Shown here: positions 50,870 through 64,000 of the stretch, in pieces | Position numbering within the stretch: the stretch's first letter is position 1 | How the letters are laid out: every line of letters begins with the position of its first letter | Source of the DNA: Geosiphon pyriformis uo1 | Lineage: Eukaryota; Fungi; Glomeromycota | Direction: 5' to 3' | Assembly: GCA_016748015.1 (NCBI GenBank) | Contig: JAAOMT010000563.1 | Span: forward strand, 186,001 to 250,000 | DNA length: 64,000 bases | Notes under the pieces: model-generated | The model's database searches: none | Told to the model about the DNA's origin: nothing | Seen by the model: the letters and a program-made list of their open reading frames with translations, nothing else | Position numbers and translations under genes: made by a program

Positions 50870-53800
50870 CTACAAATCTATCATAACAGATATTACCTTA
50901 TTAACACCAGAAAAAAAACAGCAAAGTTTACAAAAACCAAAACAGACACCAAGTGCCTCAGTGACACCAAGCAACTTAATCATCCCAGCTGAAAGTGAAG
51001 ATGACAGACCCCAGATTACAGAAAAAACAAAACCATTACAAAAAATTAAACCATGTTTTTCTATAAAGGCTCTAACTAACCATATGTCAGCATGGTGAGC
51101 AGAACCAAAATCCCAAACAAAATCAATAATAACTCTATTTGCTAATTTAGTATTACTCAAAACAGATACAGCCTCCAGATACCAATCTTTGAACAAGAAG
51201 TTTTTGCTCAAAATAATGTAAAACATATCGTCAGAAATGCATAAAGAAAGCATCTATGAGATCCGAAACAAATAGAGACTCAAACCAGACACGGAATGCT
51301 ACTTGGCCAAATGAGAAGCAAGCAGATCCTTATGGACTTTAGAGTCAAATGCACACACAAAAGAGTGATCAGAGCTTTCTACCTCTTCACAATGAAGACA
51401 CAGAACACTCGGATAACCTCTGTTATACAAGCACTTCTGCACAGCAACCAGCAGGTGGTGATACAAAGCTTTCAGAAAATACAAGTGCAGACCAGTGGTA
51501 GACTTACTGGTAAATCCAGCCATCATGTGCAAGTTGGGATGCCAGACTGAAGCAGTACAAATTCAATCCACATCACCAATCATATTCTTGCTAATAACAG
51601 TAGAACCAGGTCCAACCTCCCAACACACATGATTCACTGACCTAAAAACATCTTGAACAAAATGCCAAACATTACCAGACACCACCACCCCACCAGCCTT
51701 AATAAATATTTCCTTAACCAAAACAGGAAGCATCAAATCTGAGCTTGCAGCAAAATTAGCCAACATATTAGCCACTTATTACCCACAACATCCAAATGTC
51801 TTTTAATCTTATGTCAAGTAACACTAAGCCTCTTTCCCTTAATTAGATTAACAATACCATGCCACTCCAACCAGCAATGATTGTGGAAATCCAGAGAAGC
51901 CAAAACTGATTCAGCAGCACAAGCATCTAAAGCAGCCTAACTGTCCGAATAAACTACAACAGAACTGTGAAAAAAACACACTCTAATGCCAAAGCAATCA
52001 CTTGCAACTTAGCCAAAGTGGAAGAAACCAACTCATCAACCCTGATGCCAATACCTTGATTCACATCTGAGAAGTAAGCAGCTGTACCACACCTCATTTC
52101 CCATGTACCAAAATTTTTTAAAGATCTATCTGTGTAAACCTCAATGACATCTAAATTGGAAGTAATAAAATGCTGTTTTAGCCAAAAAACACCACCCAGA
52201 CCACCAACATCTGACAACCAGAGTTTCATGGCAGGTAGACCATCATAAAGAGAGTGAGTCAGGAAATCACATGCCAATTCAAACAAATAAAAGACTGGGT
52301 CTTGTGGGTCAAGCTTCTTCCAATGATAGAAGCTTTTTCAGTCAAAAATCAAACTCTTTTTGATATATAGCTGTTTAATAAAAACAACTCCAAACCTCTT
52401 GAGTGAACATAAAACTTCATAAAACAAATGATCTCTCAGAACCAAAAACATCAGTGTACCACCAGAAAAACAAAAATGCTATATGAGAAAAGTTCCCAAA
52501 AGACATATCACAATTCAAAAAAATTTTAACAACACCAGCCAAAAAATTGTTAACTGGACTAACACATAACCTAACTGGGCAACACAAAGAGTGAACAGAC
52601 AACCAACTTAGAACCTGTAGGTCAAGAGATCTATGAACAAACAAGCAATCCAGAAGCCCTTCAGTATTTGAGAAACTCAGCACAGAAGTCACTTTGCACT
52701 TGGCCTGCAACTGCTCAAAAGACTTCAGACCATACAAAGATGGATAATGAAGAGTCTCAATGAGAAAATTCCTTGGAAGCCCAGTCTTAAGTCTCAAATC
52801 TTTTCTAATTAACATGTTCCACTTAATACACACACTTTTAGAAAGAAAACTAAACTGAGATCTATAGACAATGGATTGCAATACAGCCAATACCAGATAG
52901 AGAAACTGTTTGTTTGAAATAATCTTTCTCAAAACCAAATTAACAAAGAACCTAATATTTGAATAGGCCTTCGCCAAACTGGGTTTGGACAAACCATTAA
53001 ATAACAAATAAATTCCAAGATACTTATAAGACTCTCCTTTATGAGCAATTAAAATTGGCAAACCACTTATCAATAGTGATGCTTTTTTTACCCTTCTGTT
53101 AATAGAAATAACCACAGTTTTCTCATTATTAATGGAAATGTTGTTTATACTGAAAAACTCACTAGCAATGTTTAGAATGTATTGAGCAGCAGTCTGGCTA
53201 CTTCCCACCCATATTGTGTCATCAACAAAAGCACCTGCTGCCAAAAACAAAGTCAAACCACCTTGGTTTTCTAACCTACCAGTCTTAATAATAAACCTAA
53301 AGTCAATACGGTAATCACACAAACTTTCTTGTCTTTTAACTTCACATAAAAGAGGATTATAGAAGATTCTCTACAGTAAGGAAGAAAACACCTTACTCTG
53401 ATCAAGACTATCATGCACCTGGTACCTATCAGTCAAGCCAAAATCAGTTATAACATGATTAACATAATCATTGTAAATACTCCCAAAGAATCTGATAAAA
53501 CAATCACACATCTTAACTTGAACCAAACTATTCCATAAGTGGTGCCAACTCACAGAGTCATAAGCCTTCCACATATTCTGTAAAACAAGCCAAAGTTCAC
53601 AATTTTTCTTTAAAGCATCCTCAACAACTGAACTAATGGCAAAAATAAGAGACTGGATAGAAGTGCTCTTTAGCACAGAGAAATTGTCATCATAGAAAAC
53701 ATCGAATGCACTGCACACTAATGAAATCCTATCAAAAAGTATCTTAGAGAGAATTTTATAAACAGTCTCAATCAAAGCTATTGGCCTAGTATTGATCAGA

Positions 53801-55531
53801 ATGCTCTCCCACTTATAAGGCTTAGAAATCATAGACACTCAAGCTTTCTTTCAGAATTGGAGTACAGATTTGCAAACCAAACAGAGATTTAAGAGATCCA
53901 ATAACATACCAAGCACAGAACCATCACAATGTTTTCAAAGTTTATTCATAATACCCAACAAACCAGCTGCTTTGCTATTTGGCAGATCTTTGACCACATA
54001 CACCAAATCTTTATAGCTAATAGCATCCATTACTCCAGAAAAAGCCTCATTTTTAACATGATCCAACAGCAGGTATTGGTGCTACCACAAATCAAGAATG
54101 TTATACAGCACTACCTTTTTCCTTGTCTAACCTTTCATAATTTTGTCAACATAATTCTTAATATCAACCAGATCCATAATTAAGCTGCTATCAGAAACCA
54201 GGTAGTTCAGCACCATTTTCCAAAAAAGATATTTCAAAACACTACAGATTATGTGGTTTTTGTCAACTGCAAAACTTTTTATTTATTTCTTAATAGCAGA
54301 TCTAATGTGTGACTCTTCAGCATACAAAGATTCAGCCAGTTTAGATGCACAATAAGACTTTCTCACACTAAAAAGAGCAGAACATATATGATTAGAATCT
54401 GCATCAGAGTTAACAAGAGCCTGAACAATAGATGTCTTGTTGGTATTCAAAGAGTCCCAACATTTTAGAAGAAAGAAAAATCTGTCAAAGACCACTTTAT
54501 AAGAAGCCTTAGCCAATCTCAAAACCAAAACTTCCAGTTTGTAAAACCTGGATGATTCCTTGGTAAACACTCCATCATAGTCCTTAAACCATTTTTTTTT
54601 GAAAACACTATTAGCCAAAAGAGATACTACCTTGCAAACATTGTCCCACATAGCGTCCAGATCCAAGTACTTTTTAGATACAACAAACTCATCAGAGAAC
54701 ATAGCAGTATTGGCTGCCATAGCATTGTTAAACACACCTCATGTTACCTTACTAGCACTTTTAATGTCAAACTTCTAACAATCTTTGTTTGCCTGTTTGC
54801 AGAGAGAGTTTAACTGCATATCCAAAAGTCTACCCAAACTCATAGACATAGAAACAGCACAATGATCAGTATCAAAGTGCTTATCAACATCCAAAATATT
54901 ACAACACAGAATTGCATTGACCAGATTCGAAGAAACAAAAACATAGTCAATTGTTTTAATAACACCTCTGGAGTTTTTTCATGTAGGCAATTTGGCCACT
55001 AAGCTTCCAGCTAAAGAATTAACTAGACCCAAACTGAAACACTTTTTAAAACACACACTTGTGGGAACCATCTTCATTGAAATTGCTGCCAAAGACAACA
55101 AAAGTAGACTCATTCATAGCTTTGGCAATAAGAGAGTTGATATTATCAGCTTAAGAGAAACGGACTGCAAAAGAAGCACCAGCATATAGCCCCAAAATTG
55201 AAACAAAAAGTTTATTTTTAAAAAGCAACTTGATGGAGAGAAGCTGACTGGGCACCTCAGAAATCTTACACACATGTCTAGCCAAAAAATCATCTATGAC
55301 CACAGTGATACCTGACTCCAAGTAATTAGAGTTCAACCCAGAAGTAAACACATAAACACCTTCAAATTTTTTAATAATCTATGGATGTATTTTTCTTTTC
55401 AGCTTAGTTTCCATAAAAATTAAAATTAGATTGTTCATGTTCTTATGCCAACACACAATATCATCTTGTTTTGTGGAATTGTTCATGCTTTTAACATTGT
55501 ATGTAGTAACTTTCCAGATCAGATCCATCAT
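50870..55531 (-). pseudogene. LINE ORF2 (APE-RT-RNase H-CCHC)
   Basis: Start MMDLIWKVTTYNV; LAAGAFVDDTIW; VYTDRSL...AKLQVIALALECV; CLHCEEVESSDHSFVC. Confidence 0.9.
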
Positions 55532-57317
55532 TAAGAGAAAAGAGCAGCAGGAACCAAACCAGCATTGTCCATTTTGGCCAAAAGATTCATAACCATAATT
55601 GCAAGATTTTTTAAAGTGTCCTCCATTTTTCTGATAACAGAGGAATCAAAAACCACTACTTTCACAACAGTCCTATCACCAGTGGCCACACCTAAACCCT
55701 TACTTATCATTATATCTGCCCCTTAATTCTGTGATAAAGAGATCATCAACAGCTAACATTCAAGGCTAAGCTAGGAAACTGTTGGCTCAGGTGTTTTCAA
55801 TCTCTTAGCCAGCATATTAACATGCTCTGTGAGACTGGTGAAACTGCACTTAAGAGTGGCAAACCTATTATTGATTTCAGTCGCAACCAGTAAAAATGGC
55901 TTTATTTCCAAAGAGGAGCCAATATTTACTAAAACAACTTGGCCAGAAAGAGGGGAAGAAAAAGATCCACTTGTAATCTTTGCCCAAGAAAGGCCACCAA
56001 AAGAAACAGAATGAGCAACTGGAGCAAATTATTTGGAGTATATCATAGCTAGCCTGCTTTTATCTGCATTTAAAAGCACTCTATGCAATGAATTACCAAA
56101 AAAAATCTTCTTACTTTCAGCACAGCTCAATAACATATGATCTGATTTTTCACATTTGGCACATCTGGCAGAAACAAGACTAAACCAACATAACTTAGTG
56201 CCCTTGAGCACAGATGTAGTTCTCATAACAGCTTCTAATGAATCAGCAGAATCAAAACAAACAACAACACACTTGACCCAAGCATATGTAACTGGATGGT
56301 GATCAATGATGCAAGTTTTCTCACCCATAGATCTAACAAAGTCTCAGATATTATGAGTATTAGTCCTCATTAACAAAATATAGAGCAGTGCTCTATAATG
56401 ATCTCTTGTATTTCATGTTTTTTTGTCTAAATCAGTCCTGACAATATGCATGGCATCCTTCTCAATTAGGATGAACCACTTAGCTGTGACTAAATTGGCA
56501 TGATCTGATTGCTCAAATTCCACTACTGCTTTCTGTCATAGCCCTACCAATTGTATTTTGATCAACTTAATAATTCCAAATTCAGATAGTGCAACACACA
56601 CAGCCTCAGCCAATATTCTAACTGGAATTTTTTTTACTATCACAGCCCAATCTAAATGACTAGTTGATTTTTTGAGATCAGTGTTTACCAAAATATTTGC
56701 TGCTCTTGCCTTTTTTGTAGCCTGTGCCAAACTAGATTCAAAAGTAAAGAAAGCACAGATAATTCCTGAGAATTTTGAGGGAGTAGAGGTCTCCCAAAAC
56801 TATTGACTTTTGAAAACAATTTTCTAACTACTATCAGCTTTTCTTGAGAGAATTTTCCAATTATTTTATTCAAGCCAATATTCAAAGCAAAAGATTTTCT
56901 AACAGAAACAGTAACCAAATTCTTTAAGGAAGGGAGAAGTTTTAAGAAAACATCTGAGAGAACATCATCATCATTATTATAACTTGAAAAATTTATCTTT
57001 CTTAATGACTTGTCCAATACTTTTTTAGTTTTAACACCTGGTTCTTTAGGCATCTGATCATGATCTTTGTTAGCAATAGTACCACTTTTACTATAGTTAA
57101 AGCTAGTTTCTTCTACTAAACATTCCTTTTCCATATCAATGTTTTCAGACTTGGTGGTGTCACCTGTCTCAAAACTCTATAGATGACTATCAGACACCTT
57201 AGTCAGCACTTCTCTACTATCAACACTCTTTTTTAAAGTGATATTTTTTCTCTTTTTTTTTGACAAAACAGGCTTAAAACCCCCACCAAAACCAGATTTT
57301 TTAGCAACCTTCTTCAT
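55528..57317 (-). pseudogene. LINE ORF1
   Basis: MKKVAKKSGFGGGFKPVLSKKKRK; VSVRKSFALNIGL homologous to ORF1 at 27507; knuckle CAKCEKSDHMLLSC. Confidence 0.85.
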
Positions 57318-59170
57318 GACGGCAATACTAGGGCCAACAATAGCCTCAAAATCAAAAAATGGCTTGTTTTTATCATACTGAATGTTGAAAAAACTTCTTT
57401 CAAAAAAAACTTTTGACTTTTTTTTGGGAATTTGGAATGAACAAAAAAAAAAGTTTTTTTTATTTAACTTAATCAATAACTTAATTATTAATTTTTTTTT
57501 AAAATATATAAATAAAATTTTTTAAAGTTGTAAAAAAATATTCCCATTTAAATTAAATTTATTTAAAGCAAAAATTAATATAATAATATTAACTTTTTTA
57601 TTTTTTTTACTGTTTTTTTAATTTGTATAATTATTAGTTTTTATAAAGTATATTAAATAAATATTTATTAAAAAATATAATTAATATTTAATATTAAATT
57701 TTAAAAATACTAAGATAAAATATAGAATTATATTAATATATTATTTTTTGTTAATAATATAAACTATTTTTCTATTTTCAGATTTTTTTGTTATCTTTTG
57801 AAAAGAATAGCAATTAAAATATTAATAAAATTAATTTCATATATTAAATTTTTACTAATTTAATTCACTTATTAAAATTGAATTATTTTTTGATTATTTT
57901 ATTGTTATATAATACTGTTTTTGTTTGTTATCTGTTAACATATTATATTTAATTATAACATAAAAATAATGTTTTTTGTAAAATTATAAAATTATTAAAT
58001 TATCTATTATTGTATAAACAATTTTTTTTTAATATTAAAAACCTAAAATTATTTTATAGTACATAATCAAAATAATTTAACTTATATCAAACTTAATTTT
58101 TTTTTATTTTGTCTTATTTATTTTTTAAACAAAAAACAATTTAGCTGATAGTTTTATGATTTTAAAATTAATTTTTAATTAACTATTTAGCCAAGATTTA
58201 TTTAGTATATACTATTTATTCTCTTAATTAAACATACTTTAAAAAAATATTTAAGATTAAAAATAATTATATTAATTAATTAATATTTTAATTATTTTTA
58301 ATCAACTTTTTTTGAATTTTTAAATCAATAAATTCATAATTAAATAACTGTTTATTAATAAATTAAAACACTTTTAAAATTTTAAAATAAAAAACTATTA
58401 AACAGTTTTAATTTTTTATTTTTTATTAAATAAATTAGACTTTTTATCTCAAATACCAACTTTTATTATGGTTTAAAATAGAGCAAATATTTTATTGGTC
58501 TTTTAAAACATTTAAATTGTTCTAAATTATTAAAACATAAATCTTTTATTTTTGTTTAAAAAACTCTTAAAATTTAATAAAATAGCTTAAAAACTTTAAA
58601 AAAACTGTTATAATAAATTAATATAATAATAATTACAAATTCTAAATAATTAAAAAAGATTTTCAAAGATTTTTTGCTGTATAATTTACTTAAAAAACTG
58701 CTTAACAAATTGTTTAATAATTATTTAAAAATATTAATTAAAATATAACTTTTTTATTATAAAATTTAAAATAAAAATTAATATTATAAATTAATATTTA
58801 AATAAAAAATAGAACTAAAAAGAAAATACAAAGTTTAAGAAAAATAATTTCAAAATATGTCAAAATAATTTCAAAATATGTCAAACTAATTTAAAAGTTA
58901 ATAAAATATATAAATACAAAAAAAAATTAGATAAAAAAACAAAATAGTTAAAAATTTAAAAATAGATTTATTTTATGTTTTATAATTCTTCTTTATTATT
59001 AAAAATAGTTTAATAAATCAACAAATATATTAAGTTTTACTTTTTTTTTTAAATATTTACTACTTTTATTTAGAATTTTAATAAACAATTAATAAATAAA
59101 TTTACAACAAACTTTATCAAACTTTTAAAATTATTAGTCAAAGCAATACAAAAAAATTAAAAATTCCTAA

Positions 59171-61440
59171 TTTTTTTATTAAAATTTAACAAGTATGGTC
59201 CAACTACTATCTAGAAATTAGGAACAAACTAAGTGTTTTAGGGCTAAATATAGTTTACACACTTTTTATATATAACCAGCTATTCAAGCCAGTTTAGACT
59301 ATATTATATAGATACAATAGAAAAAAACTTACTCAAAAATGACATTTTTTAAACAACACTAAACAAAGTAATACTACAAGAAACCAATTTAACCAGTCAT
59401 TCAGCTGTTTTTAAAAGATCAATTTTAATATAAACAAGTTTATAAGTCCAAAAAAACATCAAGTTAAAAAATATATTATTATTTATGTCAAATAGAAACT
59501 CCGAACCACCAGACATATTAACATTATTTATATAGCACTTTTTTTTCAAAAAAACCATCTCTTTTTTCAACTTACCAACAATTCTACTAAAAAAATCTAT
59601 ATGCATTAAAACCTTATTAGTTCTAAGACCAAGAGCACTATTCAAAACCAAGTTCTTATTAACAAATTGTTTAAACACTTTTACCATAGAACTAACAAGT
59701 TTAACAATAGAGTTGACCAAATCAGAAAGCTTGGCCAACTTCAATTCTAAAGATGTCAACTGAGAAGAGACCATAGAATTATTAGATGCAATTTTAGTAG
59801 AAAAAACTAAATTAACCAAAGTACTAAAAATTGATAAAAACACAAAAACAGCAGCTTTGACATAAGACTTGTTACCAACACTATGAGAGATGAATATTTT
59901 GGAAGCCTTAAAAGAAGGAGATAAAGACACTTTACAATCTAAAACCAGATAATCTGAATCTTGGTATTGAAAACAGCACCAATTTCCAAAAATCTTTTAC
60001 CAGATATGGCACTTTCTTAGTGTATCAGTTTTGATAATAGCAGAATTTAGCTTAAAAACCAAATATAACTAGAGCAAACTGGAAATGACAACCAAACTCA
60101 GAAAAACAAGGAATAAAACATGTCTGACCACCAACTTGAGAAATCATATCACTAATTTCAAAAGCTGTGCAATTAGAGAAAAAATTAACCAACTTGATCT
60201 TAAAACTATTATGAAACAGAATAGTCTTATTTTGATTCATCAAGAAAAAGATCCTAATACTATTTTTGTTCACCAAAACTGACCAATAATTCAAAGCAAA
60301 CACAGCAAAGTCTAACTTTTCAAAATAAACAACTATATACTGCCAAATGCCAGCAGACTTTAATACAACACAAACAATACCACCAAATATACTGAAAGCT
60401 GTTTTAATGTCAACAGCAAACATATTCAAAGGCACATTATGCAGTGCAATAGCAGCAGAAGGGAAACCAGACTCAGAAACTACTAGAGACTTGGCAATTT
60501 TGAGGGTGGTCAAACAAACAGAGCTTGTAAGCTTAACCAAAAATACAGCTTTTAAAGACACTTAAAAAGCAAATTCCACATAAAAAAGCTTTACATTGTC
60601 TTTTAATACTGATTTTGCACTTAAAAAACCATGTACAAACTGAAAAACAGTCTTCACATAAGCCAATTTAATCTTAAAAGTAGTATTAAACACCAAAGTA
60701 AAGGCCACTTACTCAGCAAATCTTTAATAACTAGCAATAATTTTCTAAATACTACCAGTAACAGCACCAGAAACCAAAAGAAAAGATGATTCAGTTTTCA
60801 TTTAATCAGCCCAATTCTCAAGAACAAGTGACTCAACAAAAAATTATTGCTTTGTTTCTAAAACTGGTGAAAATCTACTAAAAAGCACCACATTTGACAA
60901 CACAACCAGTAGTTGATTTTGGCTCATCTTGAATAACATGTCAGATAAAATATTGAAGATCTCATCTAAGATTTCAGTTGAAACTACAAAGAGGTTTAAT
61001 GTAACAATAGCAGAAACAAGTGACTGCTCCCACTTTTCTGAACTTTTGGTCTTTTTGGCCATTTTTTAAAGAAGAGATACTAGCAATACTTAATGTAGAA
61101 ATTATAAGAAAAAAAACCAGCTTGTTAATTGATCTGTTATTAAAAATTTTTGGGCTCTTTAAAGGAGTAAAGACAACATTGTGACTAATCTAAATGTGTT
61201 TTTTTGAAAAAACTTTGATTGGTAAAAGACCAACCAAAGATGAAAAAGTTGCTTTAATAGTTACTAAAGACAGTTTTTTATAATTACTAGATAAAAAGAA
61301 GACTTCTAAAATGTTCTGCCTAGTTGCTTCTACAACAGAGAGAGCTTCTCTGGTTAAAATTTTATTAAATATCTTAAGAAAGATATTAGATATAGCTTTT
61401 TTACTCTTTGCTCTGATCATAATTATAAAATTAAGAAGAC
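59171..61440 (-). mobile_element. ORF1-only (HAL1-like) non-autonomous retroelement, full length, 2270 bp
   Basis: Exact TSD AAATTCCTAA at 59161-59170 and 61441-61450; poly(A) 59171-59177; 3'UTR homologous to LINE 44208-44333; one ORF1-like frame, no ORF2. Confidence 0.85.
59304..61420 (-). pseudogene. ORF1-like protein (about 705 codons) of the HAL1-like element
   Basis: ATG 20 nt from the 5' end (MIRAKSKK); RRM-like AIALHNVPL...AGIWQYIVVYFEK parallels ORF1 AVVIKEIPM...IGLWQKTIVEF; QVGGQTCFI; degenerate knuckle CFQYQDSDYLVLDC; coiled-coil SSQLTSLELKLAKL. Confidence 0.75.
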
Positions 61441-62445
61441 AAATTCCTAAAATTCTAATATTAATCATATTATAATTAATTTTAGCATTTTTAATATAAT
61501 TTAAAACTTAAAATTTATGATTTTTTAGTTTGTTATTAATATAAAAATACTAGTTATTTAACATAAAATCATAGTAATTTTCTTATATTTTTTTTAAATT
61601 TAAAAAACAATAATTAGCAAAATAATAAAATTAAGAATAATTAAACTTTTAATTCAAATATTAATTAAACTTATATAAACTTTTTTGAAAATTTTTTTTT
61701 AGTTAAAGCAATAAAATATCAGTTTTTAAACTAATAAGTATACTTTTTAAAAATAAAAGTATAAATTAAGAGAAAAAAATTTTTTGTTTAATTTTAATTT
61801 AATTAATAATAATTTAAAACCAAAAAAAACAGTAATAAGTTATTAAATTACATCAAATCTAAGAAAAAAAAAAGTAGAATATACTCTGAATTTCAATATA
61901 ATTGTTTTAATATTCAATAACAAAAATAAAGTCTTAAAATTAAAAATATTTAAAAATCTATTAAAATTAAAATTACTAAAAATTATTTAGAAATTAGGTT
62001 TTTATTTAGTAGTTAAAAATCCAATAAAAACACTTGTTTATATTACTTTTAATTAGATTAAAACTTATTTACAGTTTTGAAAAAATTTTCAAAAATTATT
62101 AATATTTAAAAAAAAATTTAAGATTAACAAATATTTTTAACAAATAATATTAATTGTTAGCAATAATAATATTATTTTTATTTACAAAACACAAATAATC
62201 AGATATTTTATAGATTTAATATTAGATAATAATTTTCGATTAATATTATAACTTAATATTTCTTAGAAAAAAGTTGACAAATTATTAATTAAACTTATAA
62301 TTAATATTTATAAAAATAAGAAAAAAAAACTTAAAGATTGTTAAAGCTATTCTTATTTAAATTAATAAAGTATATATTAAAACTAATATAAAATTATTAA
62401 AAATAAAAAATTATATTATAATTATTAAAAAAAAATATTATTTTT

Positions 62446-63953
62446 GTCTCTTTAATTTTATAATTATAATCAGAACAAAAAATAAAAAAGTTTTATCTAA
62501 TATTTTTTCTAAAATATTTAATAAAATTTTAACCAGAGAAGTTTTTTTTGTTGTAAAAACAGCTAGACAAAATGTCTTAGAAGCTTTTTTCTTAAATAAT
62601 AATAATAAAAGACTGTTTTTAGTAGTTATTAAAGTATTTTTTTTATTTTTGGCTAGTTTTTACTAGTCAAAATTCTTTTAAAAAAACACATATGGGTTAA
62701 TTTTAGTATTGCTTTCATCTTTACCAAAAGCCTAAAAGTTTTTAATAGTAAGCCAGTTAACAAACTAATTTTTTTAACTATTGTTGCTATATCTGATATT
62801 ATTAGCATTACTTTTTTAAAAATAATCAGAAAAACCAAGAATTCTAAAAAATAAAAACAGTTACTTGCTATTGCTATTGTTACATCAAACTCTTTTGTAG
62901 TTTTAGATAAAATTTTAATTGTATTATTTAGCATATTATTTAAAATAAGCCAAGATTAATTACTGGTTATATTATTAAATATGATATCTTTTGGCAAATT
63001 TTTATTGGTTTTAGAAGCAAAACAACAGTTTCTTGTTGGATTATCTGTTCTTGAAAACTGGTTTAAGCAAATAAAAACTGATTTATTATTGCTTTTTCTG
63101 ATTTTTGGTATTGTTGTTAATAGTGTTTAGAAAATTATTATTGGTTAACAAAAGTTTATTGAATAGATGGTCTTTACTTTAGTGTTTAATACAACTTTTA
63201 AAGTAAAATTGGCCTATTTTAAAACTGTTTTTTAATTTATACATAGTTTTTTAAATATAAAATCAGTATTAAAAGACAATATGAAGCTTTTTTGTGTAGA
63301 GTTTGTTTTTCAAAAGTCTTTGAAAACTGCTTTTCTGGTTGAGTTTATAAGCTCTATTTGCTTGATTACTCTTAAATTTACCAAGTTTTTGGTGGTTTCT
63401 AAATCTAATTTCTTTTTTATTATTATTATATTATATAATATATTTTTAAGTATATTTGCTATTGATATTAAAATAGCTTTTAATGTATTTAGTGAAGTCT
63501 TTTATATTGTGCTAAAGCCTATTGATGTTTAACAATATGTAGTTATTTATTTTAAAATCTTAAATACTGTTATATCTGCTTTAAAATACTGGTTAGTTTT
63601 GTTGAGCAAAAATAATATTAGTATTTTTTCTCTTGTAAATCAAAATAAAACTATTCTGTTTTGTGATAAGTTTGAAACCAAGTTGGTTAATTTTTTTTCT
63701 GGTTGTATTGTTTATAAAATCAGTAATATAATTTCTTAAATTAATAATTAGACTTGTTTTATTTTTTGTTTATTTAATTCTGATTGTTTTTTCTGATTTG
63801 TTTTAATTATGTTTAACTTACAGAGTAATTTAAATGCTATTATTATTAAAATTAATACTTTGAAAAAATATCACATCTGGTAAAAAACTTTTAAATACCA
63901 ATACTGTTTTAAGTATTAAAACTTAAATTATTTGGCTATTAATTATAAGATAT
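62446..63953 (+). mobile_element. Second, more eroded copy of the HAL1-like element, interrupted by an LTR
   Basis: Starts gtctctttaattttataattataatcagaac, the same 5' end as copy 1; ORF 63281-63532 SLKTAFLVEFISSICLITLK matches SLKAVFLVKLTSSVCLTTLK. Confidence 0.8.
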
Positions 63954-64000
63954 TGTTACAAATGATTATTTGGGGTCTTAAATCAAATAACAAATTCGTA
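63954..64000. repeat. Start of a family-2 LTR (runs off the window)
   Basis: TGTTACAAATGATTATTTGGGGTCTTAAATCAAATAACAAA is near-identical to 16717 onward. Confidence 0.8.

Larger units (their letters stand above)
50735..57481 (-). mobile_element. Full-length degenerate LINE (second subfamily, about 6.7 kb)
   Basis: Poly(A) 50735-50744, 3'UTR, ORF2, ORF1; flanks TAATTATTAAC(T)n and TAATTATTAA(T)n; a shorter alternative TSD would end the element near 57464. Confidence 0.9.

Overview
AT-rich eukaryotic (fungal) genomic DNA. The gene and transposon style resembles Glomeromycotina/Mucoromycota (e.g. Geosiphon-like); this is an inference. A small CpG-retaining host island (about 20.3-26.4 kb) carries a ~320-nt hairpin of unknown identity, tRNA-Gln(TTG) and the divergent multi-exon genes MED27 (-) and PWP1 (+). 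The rest is nested retroelements at different stages of C>T/G>A decay. These include two copies of an unusual Ty3/Gypsy family (AUG-free ~245-codon Gag extension, Cys-rich domain plus dUTPase between protease and RT, extra 3' ORF), two full-length RNase H-bearing LINEs (one split by a Gypsy copy), two ORF1-only HAL1-like elements sharing the LINE 3' end, solo LTRs of three families, and near-pure AT deserts that are recognisably fossil copies of the same families. Most notable: an all-transition, RIP-like mutation spectrum (about 43 LTR-LTR differences, no transversions), the retrovirus-like accessory content of the Gypsy family, the HAL1-like family, and a LINE-3'UTR-derived CCAAT/E-box module that kept its CpGs just upstream of the hairpin.
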